From Candidatus Hermodarchaeota archaeon (GTDB lineage: Archaea; Asgardarchaeota; Lokiarchaeia; Sigyniarchaeales; SOKP01): a stretch of DNA of 12,053 bases. This document shows positions 1 through 7,400 of the stretch, piece after piece. The stretch's first letter is position 1; the number at the start of each line of letters is the position of its first letter. The notes beneath the pieces are model-generated. The model searched no databases and was not told where the DNA came from. It saw nothing but the letters and a program-made list of their open reading frames with translations. The stretch lies in the NCBI GenBank assembly GCA_048885525.1, contig JBHLLP010000071.1:1-12053 (forward strand), given 5' to 3'. Both the position numbers and the translations under genes were made by a program.

Positions 1-49
1 TATTATTTTGTATGTTAACAGTTTAATATTGGCTTGGAAATGAGACTTA

Positions 50-142
50 AGATGCTCGAAATCAGATCTCTGCTCCATTATCATTGTAATAGAGTGAGGT
101 GTTAATTACTCAAACCACATTAATCATCATTTTCGAGCATCT
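50..142 (-). ncRNA. Box C/D guide sRNA (2'-O-methylation guide), ~93 nt
   Basis: The minus strand reads AGAUGCUCGAAA-[AUGAUGA, box C, 124-130]-UUAAUGUGGU-[UUGA, box D', 110-113]-GUAAU-14-nt loop-AUUAC-A-[AUGAUAA, box C', 78-84]-UGGAGCAGAGAU-[CUGA, box D, 62-65]-UUUCGAGCAUCU. It has a perfect 12-bp terminal stem (50-61/131-142), a 5-bp internal stem (86-90/105-109) and guides of 10 and 12 nt. Confidence 0.85.
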
Positions 143-163
143 AATTAAAATATTATTTTGAAC

Positions 164-1825
164 TTAGATAAAATTTTCACTATAGATCTTAGGTAAATTC
201 TTTATTTTTTCCTCAAAATATTCTTTTAACAAGAAATAAGGTAAATCTCCACTTCTAAGAATAGTATCATGAAAGAATTTTAAACTGAAATTGTCTCCCA
301 TTTTTTCTTCCACTTCCTTACGTAAGTCATCAATTAAGAGCTTTCCGGTGAGGTATGATAATGGATAGCTTGGAGTAAGAGTATATTCTAAAATTAATCC
401 TTTGGCAGCAGACTCTTCATATGACAATATGTCCATTAGTGTTTTACTTGCATCCTCTAATGTTCTTTGTTTACAGTGTAATTGAATATCTAATAAGATA
501 TTCATTGCGCGTTGCATCTGTATTCCTGAAATTAACTGTTGACTTTTTTTTTTGTCTTTATAAAAACCTTGTTTTAACATCATTTCCTCACAGTAAAGAG
601 CCCATCCTTCAGAGGTTTCTGTCGATGAGAAGTAACTCAATCCTAACATTCGAACTAGAGGTGCATAAACGTTATTATTAACAAAATCTAAATGATGTCC
701 TGGGAAAGCTTCATGAACCATCGCCCAAGATATATATGTATAAGATTGAAATTCTTTTAGGGTGGGACTAATCATGAAAATTCCTGGTCGATCTTTATTA
801 AAATAAGGAGCTTGCTCATAAGCAGCAAAAGTGAGGATTGGAACGAGATGGGGAGGTGTTTCGATTATTAATAACTTCTCTTGAGGAAGTGTAACAAGAT
901 CATGGTTTATTATGAACTCTTTTGCTCGTTCTGCTTCGTTCTGAGCGTATTTAAGTACTTCTTGAAAAGTAGGAATTAGATCTTCTTTGAAAAATTCTTT
1001 AATTCCCTCAACCAGAGTTTTATCGGGATACAATTCTTTTAGAATTCGTTTTATTTTTTTTAATCCTAAGCTGAATAACTTATTCCCTTTTGAGATTAGT
1101 GTCTTTCGATCCCAAGGCAGTTGCCGTAGACTCAGTAGGTTATCGAATTTTTCAGGACCTAAAGCCCAGGCAAATTCATCAGTATCCACAGGTAAACTTT
1201 TTATCCATTTCACATGGTTTTGAATAATTGATTCTACCTCCTTAAAGGCTTCTAAGAGTTTGTCTTTAAGAAAAGGTGAAATTTCTGATGTTTCACTATA
1301 TGCTTCAGCAATAGTTTTTAAAAATTCAGGAGTTGTATGAATTGTTTCTAAAGCTATGTCTCTCCATACAATTGGAATTGGAGTTTTATCAAAACGCGAT
1401 TGAAATTCCTCTAAATATTTTGGTAAATTTTTTATATGTATGATGATTGTATCTACTAAGTCTACAGTTGGTCCCTTTCGCTGGAATAAAAGGTGAACAA
1501 TCTCTTGAAAATAAGCTAATCCATTAGGGAATCTTTTCCATAAAGGAAAAGCCTCATGCATAAATAAATTGATGTTATGATAGTATTCCATAGCTTTTAG
1601 TGAAAATTTATTTTCGAAATTTAATTTTTCAACACCTAATTGCCTAAGTTCATCAATCCATTGACTAACCCACTTAAGATTTTCCTCTATATGTTCTTTA
1701 GTTCCTATTTCTACTACTCTTTCATATTCTTCTTTGCCAAATTGGACAGCAATTCTTGGATTCCATTTAAAATATTTTTCAATCCCTCTATTGACTATTT
1801 CTTCGAATTTCTGATTCTCATTCAT
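164..1825 (-). CDS. DUF885 family protein (putative zinc metallopeptidase), 553 aa
   Basis: Motifs VHEAFPGHHL and EGWALYCEE, plus C-terminal SYLTGKLLIDDLR...FSLKFFHDTILRSG, are typical of DUF885. No signal peptide is evident. Confidence 0.88.
   Translation of the reverse strand: MNENQKFEEIVNRGIEKYFKWNPRIAVQFGKEEYERVVEIGTKEHIEENLKWVSQWIDELRQLGVEKLNFENKFSLKAMEYYHNINLFMHEAFPLWKRFPNGLAYFQEIVHLLFQRKGPTVDLVDTIIIHIKNLPKYLEEFQSRFDKTPIPIVWRDIALETIHTTPEFLKTIAEAYSETSEISPFLKDKLLEAFKEVESIIQNHVKWIKSLPVDTDEFAWALGPEKFDNLLSLRQLPWDRKTLISKGNKLFSLGLKKIKRILKELYPDKTLVEGIKEFFKEDLIPTFQEVLKYAQNEAERAKEFIINHDLVTLPQEKLLIIETPPHLVPILTFAAYEQAPYFNKDRPGIFMISPTLKEFQSYTYISWAMVHEAFPGHHLDFVNNNVYAPLVRMLGLSYFSSTETSEGWALYCEEMMLKQGFYKDKKKSQQLISGIQMQRAMNILLDIQLHCKQRTLEDASKTLMDILSYEESAAKGLILEYTLTPSYPLSYLTGKLLIDDLRKEVEEKMGDNFSLKFFHDTILRSGDLPYFLLKEYFEEKIKNLPKIYSENFI
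166..178 (-). promoter_or_regulatory. Possible BRE/TATA-like promoter for the C/D sRNA, embedded in the last codons of the DUF885 gene
   Basis: Minus-strand GAAAA-TTTTATCT lies about 24-36 nt upstream of the sRNA 5' stem at 142, which is typical archaeal spacing. The TATA match is imperfect and the region is AT-rich. Confidence 0.3.
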
Positions 1826-1963
1826 TATCTATTCATCCAATTTACTAATTTAAATTATAATGTAAGGCTACATCTTATAGATTCAACCTTATTAAAAAAT
1901 TAAAGGAAATTGTTATTTAAAGTTTATAAAAAATTGTATTTAAAAAATAGAAATATAAGAATC

Positions 1964-1987
1964 TTCGTGAAAGTACACTTTCACGAA
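1964..1987. promoter_or_regulatory. Perfect 11-2-11 inverted repeat in a divergent promoter region (candidate operator)
   Basis: TTCGTGAAAGT-AC-ACTTTCACGAA lies about midway between the starts at 1825 (-) and 2118 (+). The repeat is seen directly; its function is inferred. Confidence 0.55.
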
Positions 1988-2117
1988 TTACTATTTATTA
2001 GAAAGAATAATACTTAAATTCAAAAATTTTTATAAAGTCTTATTTTTATAAATTATAAAATATGATCAAATAAAGCATTGAACTTTTCTAAAATAATCAT
2101 ATCTATTAATCTCGGCA

Positions 2118-3161
2118 ATGTCAGAAAAGATAATTCACTCTATAATCTATACGTTATTGAATGAAAAAGTTGGTCCACAACCTTATTTATGGGATCCCGT
2201 TGATCTAGAAGATAATATTCGAATATCTGTTAGCATTAAATCAATCACTATTCTTTCAACAGATCAAGGAGTAATTCCTCAATCGTTAGTTATAATTCCT
2301 TTTCCAATGTTCAATTTAAAAGGTGTTATTAAATACATAGAAAGAGAAGATGAAACTAAAAGGGGTGGTGCGGCGATATCATCAATAACCTTATTATTTA
2401 ATGAAGCTTATGACCTTATTTTTTATAAATATATTAATTATCTTGAGTCTGCGTTTACAGAAAGTGCTCAAAAAATTATTGAGTTAGAGAGTAGAAAAGC
2501 TAGTTCTGATGAAATTTATGTTGAACTTACAAATTTAAAAACTAGAACTTCAGAAATTTTAGAGGACTTACGAAATAAAGAAAAAAAAGTCTTTGAAACA
2601 GAAGCTTTTCCTGAGGAAAAAAAAAAAAGAAAAAAAAGAATAAGGTTCAATTTTAAAATAGTCATTTGTGGTGATCCTGGAGTTGGCAAAACAAGTACAA
2701 TATTACATTTTACTGACCATGCCTTTATGCAGACATATATTCCTACATTGGGTGTGTCAATTTCAGAAAAGAGTATTCACACGCAAGATGATCACGTCAA
2801 TTTGATTCTTTGGGATATTGCGGGCCAAAGTAAATTTGAACTTATGAGACGCCATTTTTACAAGGGGCTTGAAGCAGTAATTTTAATATTTGACCTAACA
2901 AATCGCAAATCTTTTGAAAGTATTAAAAATTGGTATAATGATATAAAGAAAAATGTTGGCCCATCGAAAGAAAGTATAATAGGTTTCATTTTAGGAAATA
3001 AAGAAGATTTGGCTTCTGAAAGAGTTATCACATCTGAAGAAGCAATACAGATTGCACGAGAACTTAACTTAGAATATATCGAAATATCTGCGTTAACAGG
3101 TAAAAATGTCGAAGATAGCTTCTATAGGTTAGCAGAAAGTTTAATTAAATCTCAACAATAA
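2118..3161 (+). CDS. Rab-like small GTPase fused to an N-terminal longin/uDENN-like domain, 347 aa
   Basis: The C-terminal ~170 aa carry G1 GDPGVGKT, G2 YIPTLG, G3 WDIAGQ, G4 NKED and G5 SAL. The N-terminal domain has LNEKVGPQP and D-ETK-RG followed by a hydrophobic strand, resembling SMCR8/folliculin/NPRL2-type longin motifs. The GTPase call is secure; the longin call is moderate. Confidence 0.85.
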   Translation: MSEKIIHSIIYTLLNEKVGPQPYLWDPVDLEDNIRISVSIKSITILSTDQGVIPQSLVIIPFPMFNLKGVIKYIEREDETKRGGAAISSITLLFNEAYDLIFYKYINYLESAFTESAQKIIELESRKASSDEIYVELTNLKTRTSEILEDLRNKEKKVFETEAFPEEKKKRKKRIRFNFKIVICGDPGVGKTSTILHFTDHAFMQTYIPTLGVSISEKSIHTQDDHVNLILWDIAGQSKFELMRRHFYKGLEAVILIFDLTNRKSFESIKNWYNDIKKNVGPSKESIIGFILGNKEDLASERVITSEEAIQIARELNLEYIEISALTGKNVEDSFYRLAESLIKSQQ

Positions 3162-3181
3162 TCAGAAATGAGATGAATTAA

Positions 3182-3757
3182 TTGGATTTGGAAGAAATAA
3201 TATATAAAAGAAGAACTATCAGAAGATTTAAACAGGATCCCGTTCCATTGGATCTCTTGAAAAAATTAATTGATTTTGCCCGTTTAGCTCCCGCGGCACG
3301 CAATATTCAGGCTCTTGAATTCATTATTGTTCAAAACTCTGAAATAAGAGAAAAGTTATTCCAGTTAGTAAGATGGGCAGCTTCATTACCAGAAGAACAA
3401 AGGACTCCTGAAAAGGGAAGAGAACCAACTTCATATATAATAGTGTTAATAAATAGAAAAATTAAAAATACTTATTATAATTTTGATGTAGGTGCTGCTG
3501 TCGAGAACATTTTATTAGGCGCAGTAAGTTTCGGGTTAGCTTGCTGCTGGATGGGAGCAATCGACAGAGATAAAATTAGAGAATTATTCAAAATTCCTAA
3601 TTATTATGAGATAACACATGTAATAAGCATCGGTTATCCCGATGAAGAATCGATGATAGAGTTATATAAAGAGTCTTTTGACTATTGGAAAGACAATGAA
3701 GGGAAAATACATGTTCCTAAAAGAGACTTAAATGATATAATTTTTAAAATTTATTGA
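3182..3757 (+). CDS. Nitroreductase family flavoprotein, 191 aa (TTG start)
   Basis: FMN-binding motifs RRTIRRF, APAARNIQ, GAAVENILLGAVSFGLACCWMG and ISIGYP. It starts 20 nt after the GTPase fusion and is probably co-transcribed. Confidence 0.92.
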   Translation: MDLEEIIYKRRTIRRFKQDPVPLDLLKKLIDFARLAPAARNIQALEFIIVQNSEIREKLFQLVRWAASLPEEQRTPEKGREPTSYIIVLINRKIKNTYYNFDVGAAVENILLGAVSFGLACCWMGAIDRDKIRELFKIPNYYEITHVISIGYPDEESMIELYKESFDYWKDNEGKIHVPKRDLNDIIFKIY

Positions 3758-3784
3758 GTAAACAATTAAATTTAACTATATTAA

Positions 3785-4336
3785 TTAAACAGAGATTTCC
3801 TTGTATTTAGAATACAACTCGTTAATAATAGCTTTGAAAGCTTCGTGTACTCCTTGACCTGTTTTTGCGGAAGTCTTATAATATCCGAAAAAATCCTTTT
3901 TATCAATAAATTTTAAGATTTTTTCTTCATCGAAGTTTCTCTCATCGATTAAATCTACTTTATTTCCAAATAATACAACGGGTATATCCCCACAAAATTT
4001 CTTTATTTCACCTTGCCAATTTGGAACATGTTTAAAACTTTCTGCACCAAGATCATTTTCTTCAAGGGAAAACACAATAATAGCGGCTAGGCTGGCTTTA
4101 TAAAAAGCAGGACGTAAGAAATGGAAAGTATCTTGGCCTGCAATATCCCAGAAAAATAATTTACAGCTATCATTACCTATTTTTTCGGTATATTTCGAAA
4201 ATTGTGCTCCTATAGTCTGGATATACGCTTCTTCAAAACCCCCTTCTGTAAACTTTCTAATTAGTGAAGTTTTACCTACTTCTCCATCTCCAATAACAGT
4301 TATTTTAAATGTAAATTTATCTCCAGTTTCATTCAT
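3785..4336 (-). CDS. Rab-like (Ras superfamily) small GTPase, 183 aa
   Basis: G1 GDGEVGKT, G2 YIQTIG, G3 WDIAGQ, G4 NKVD and G5 SAK are present. There is no C-terminal Cys prenylation motif. Confidence 0.93.
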   Translation of the reverse strand: MNETGDKFTFKITVIGDGEVGKTSLIRKFTEGGFEEAYIQTIGAQFSKYTEKIGNDSCKLFFWDIAGQDTFHFLRPAFYKASLAAIIVFSLEENDLGAESFKHVPNWQGEIKKFCGDIPVVLFGNKVDLIDERNFDEEKILKFIDKKDFFGYYKTSAKTGQGVHEAFKAIINELYSKYKEISV

Positions 4337-4568
4337 TGGATCATTTAATTGATTTTTTGGAATTTTAACTAATTATAAATATCAATTTTGTTTAATATAA
4401 AATTTTACTTTTTATTTCATTCAATTTAGCTTGATCTCCTCATCTTTCTTCTAGAGGGGACTTTATTTTAAAAAAAGTTAAGTAAAAGTTTTATAAATTT
4501 GTAGAACAATAATTAAGTTATAAAAAGAATGAAACTCAATAAACAAATATTTCAAGCAATATTTAAAA

Positions 4569-4574
4569 AGGTGA
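4569..4574 (+). promoter_or_regulatory. Shine-Dalgarno sequence AGGTGA
   Basis: AGGTGA lies 4 nt before ATG 4579 and matches the archaeal SD consensus. Confidence 0.6.
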
Positions 4575-4578
4575 AAAA

Positions 4579-5394
4579 ATGGTTTTAAAAACAGAATCTA
4601 GGATGGAAGTAGTTTTCGGTCTTTCTGGTGCCCTATTTATGGCAATAATGCTTCCTTTAACAGCTTTAGTTACACCTGGTTATACTCCATTAGAACAAAC
4701 TGTAAGTTCTTTAGGGGAAGGTGCAGCAAAAACATTATTTAGTATTGCATTTGTAGTTAGTGGATCCTTATTAATTCCATTTTATATTTATCTTGAAAGA
4801 GAATTAATATATATAAAAGAGAATATTAGAAGATTAGCAACAGGAGTTGCCATCTTCACTAATATGTGTATTGCTCTAGTTGGAATAATTCCACCCGAGA
4901 CAAAATTAGAAGCCTTTGATGTATTTCATAATTTTGTAGCAATCACTAGCTTCAGTGGATCAGCTCTATATATAGTTCTTTATAGTTATTTAATGTATCA
5001 TGTCCCTAAATCTAAAATGTATAAAGGTCCAGCATTTAAGAAATATCTAGCATATTATGGTTTCTTTATAGGGATAATATTTATTATACTTCTAATTGAA
5101 TGGATACTAACATCAATTATAAATCCCTTAATTGAATGGATTCTTACCATCATGATACTCATATGGATTATTATAACTGCCAGCCAATGCATTTCATATA
5201 AATTCTTTGGTCTTCCAGGGTTGTACTATAAAAAAGATCAATATCCTGAAGCATTAGAATTATTTGAGGAAGCAATTCAGATTTTAGATAATCTTGGGAT
5301 AAAACATGACCCAATAAAAAAAACCCTTAAGGAAAATATTCAATTTCTTAGAAGTGAAGTAGAAAAAGAATCCAATAATTCAGATGATTCATAG
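4579..5394 (+). CDS. DUF998-like (Frag1/DRAM-related) multi-pass membrane protein with a C-terminal TPR-like helical hairpin, 271 aa
   Basis: PGYTPLEQTVSSLG after TM1, ALVGIIP...FHNFVA and a late IEW motif, with about 6 hydrophobic segments. The tail GLYYKKDQYPEALELFEEAIQI fits the TPR consensus. Confidence 0.72.
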   Translation: MVLKTESRMEVVFGLSGALFMAIMLPLTALVTPGYTPLEQTVSSLGEGAAKTLFSIAFVVSGSLLIPFYIYLERELIYIKENIRRLATGVAIFTNMCIALVGIIPPETKLEAFDVFHNFVAITSFSGSALYIVLYSYLMYHVPKSKMYKGPAFKKYLAYYGFFIGIIFIILLIEWILTSIINPLIEWILTIMILIWIIITASQCISYKFFGLPGLYYKKDQYPEALELFEEAIQILDNLGIKHDPIKKTLKENIQFLRSEVEKESNNSDDS

Positions 5395-5444
5395 AATATT
5401 ATAAGAAAAATCTAATTAACTCTTACTTCTTTCTTTCTATTACT

Positions 5445-5678
5445 TTATAATGGGACCACAATATGCGTTTCAGTTCTATTAACTCCTTCAAGACTATGGA
5501 TTTTCGCGAGAATTGTTTTTGCGATGGTTTCAACATCTTCTCCTTCTACTTTAACAATGATATCAATACCCCCTGTAACTGGATAACTTTCCTTCACTTC
5601 AGGTATCTTTTCTAATCCGCGAACAACAGATTCTACAAAACCAGCTTGAACGTTCATTAAAACAAAACAAACAGTCAA
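5445..5678 (-). CDS. Stand-alone Lrp/AsnC ligand-binding (RAM) domain protein, 77 aa (TTG start)
   Basis: FVLMNV...IPEVKESYPVTGGIDIIVKV...LEGVNRTETHIV matches the AsnC C-terminal domain, and there is no HTH. A GGTG RBS lies at 5688-5691 and a TATA-like TTATATT at about 5714-5720. Confidence 0.9.
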   Translation of the reverse strand: MTVCFVLMNVQAGFVESVVRGLEKIPEVKESYPVTGGIDIIVKVEGEDVETIAKTILAKIHSLEGVNRTETHIVVPL

Positions 5679-5790
5679 TTTTTAAAACACCAATTTAGTT
5701 TTTTTTTTAAATAAATATAATCTTTAATGTTTAAAAATCTTCAACTATCTCTGATTTATCAAAATTAATTGCTTTAATTTTAATTTTTTT

Positions 5791-6477
5791 TCATACTAAA
5801 AGCACACGTTCGATCAAGAAATAAAAAAATGTCGCACTTCCAAGATATAAAAGCATTATAATAAATGCGATTGGGATTTTGATTAAGTGGTTTTTTTCTT
5901 GAAGTAATCTATATCCAATATAAGTTGACAAACCTAGGATAATCTCTGGAATAATAATGTATACTGCTACATGCCCTATCATAGTTACATTTTGCGCATA
6001 CCAAGATTGAAGCATCCACATTGTCTGTTCAGCTAATCCAAATATTATCAAGGATAAAAGTGAAACTACTAAGTAGGTTCTTAATTTTGAAAATCTTTCT
6101 TGAAAGCTAGTTCCAATAAATGTAATTAAAAATAATGGGATAACCCACAAACCTAGCATATATAATGATACTGTTCCGACTTTAATAAACCCATCTTCAG
6201 GAAATACCAAAATGTTAAGCTCAGAAGACAAAAACCAGTCAGGAAATATTTGAAATATACTAATTAATAATATAAAAATCCAAATATTTATCCAAACATC
6301 ATATTTTCGCCAAATGCCTATTAATCCTATCATTACATTATAAATAATTACTAGTATAAACAATTTAAATCCCATACCGAAGTCAAATGGTATAAGAATT
6401 AAGAATACGCATATTATAATAAAAAGAAGATGTGATAATAGTAGATCTTTTTCCATTCTAGTTAGAATTTCTTTCAT
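5791..6477 (-). CDS. Uncharacterised multi-pass membrane protein, 228 aa
   Basis: About 7 hydrophobic segments with conserved-looking polar motifs (FPDWFL, AEQ...W, IPE). It starts 26 nt downstream of the SDR gene. The family is not confidently recognised. Confidence 0.75.
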   Translation of the reverse strand: MKEILTRMEKDLLLSHLLFIIICVFLILIPFDFGMGFKLFILVIIYNVMIGLIGIWRKYDVWINIWIFILLISIFQIFPDWFLSSELNILVFPEDGFIKVGTVSLYMLGLWVIPLFLITFIGTSFQERFSKLRTYLVVSLLSLIIFGLAEQTMWMLQSWYAQNVTMIGHVAVYIIIPEIILGLSTYIGYRLLQEKNHLIKIPIAFIIMLLYLGSATFFYFLIERVLLV

Positions 6478-6503
6478 ATTTATCCCATATAAAGATGATT
6501 AAT

Positions 6504-7376
6504 TTAATATCTAATCAGAAAATCTATTAGCTCTTGATTTTTTCGCAATAAGCTGTATTCTCCTTTCCTTAAAGTGGTTTTCATAGATTTAGTTATTTCT
6601 TTAATATTGAAATCTTTATAATTTACTTCATTCTTAATTTTAGGTAAAAGATCGAAGAGTAGCATTTGATTTATAATTTTTCCTTTATATCTTTTAAATG
6701 ATAAATCACTTGCGAGAAAAAGATAAATCAGTGCGATTTCTTCAGGAGAGATTGATTCAGGTGTTATTTGTCCTCGCTCTGCGCTGTCTTCATATAATTT
6801 GGTTTGAATTGCACCTGGAAGAACTACATTCACTTGGATATTAAATGGATTTAATTCATTATGTAGACATTTGCCCATTGCAGAAACTCCTGCTTTTGCG
6901 GAAGAATATGCTACTTGATTAGGATTAAAAAACATATTCCCATGTACAGATGCTGTCATAATAATATTTCCCTTTTCTTGTTCCACCATTTTTGGTAAAA
7001 TTAATTTTATCATAGCATAATAGGCAATTAGATTAAGTTTAAACAACTTTACCGCTTTCTCTAGCGATACTTCTAATATGGGGCAATAATAAGACATCCC
7101 TGCATTGTTTACTAAAATATCGCATCTCTTAAAGTTCTTAAAATATTCTTCTACGACTGATTTTATTTCTTCTATATTTGTCAAGTCTGCTGGAATTGCG
7201 ATGCTTTCCACATCATATTTTTTAATATCATCAACAACTCTAAGTAATTCGTTTTCTTCTAAGGCAGTAATTGCGACGTTAGCACCATTTCTGGCATATT
7301 CAAGAGCTACAGCTTTTCCAATTCCTCTCCCGCCACCAGTAATTAATGCATATTTTCCATCTAAGAGATTTTTCAA
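6504..7376 (-). CDS. Classical SDR family NAD(P)-dependent oxidoreductase with a C-terminal extension, 290 aa (TTG start)
   Basis: TGGGRGIG, DILVNNAG, catalytic S (TASV), YSSAK (YxxxK) and VNVVLPG are present. A GGAG RBS lies at 7385-7388. Confidence 0.93.
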   Translation of the reverse strand: MKNLLDGKYALITGGGRGIGKAVALEYARNGANVAITALEENELLRVVDDIKKYDVESIAIPADLTNIEEIKSVVEEYFKNFKRCDILVNNAGMSYYCPILEVSLEKAVKLFKLNLIAYYAMIKLILPKMVEQEKGNIIMTASVHGNMFFNPNQVAYSSAKAGVSAMGKCLHNELNPFNIQVNVVLPGAIQTKLYEDSAERGQITPESISPEEIALIYLFLASDLSFKRYKGKIINQMLLFDLLPKIKNEVNYKDFNIKEITKSMKTTLRKGEYSLLRKNQELIDFLIRY

Positions 7377-7400
7377 AATAGAAACTCCAAAAATTCCTTT

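Noticed and set aside
114-123. D' guide target ACCACAUUAA matching the 16S GGAGCACCACAAG region
   Set aside because: Only 6 nt match the recalled consensus, which is too short to claim.
1-160. TATTATTTTG direct repeat at 1-10 and 151-160 flanking the sRNA, suggesting a MITE with target-site duplication
   Set aside because: It is a low-complexity AT-rich 10-mer, placed asymmetrically about the inverted repeat and cut by the window edge. The C/D boxes explain the structure better.
421-1903. Plus-strand ORFs 421-681, 987-1223 and 1640-1903
   Set aside because: These are antisense shadows of the DUF885 gene with no recognisable motifs.
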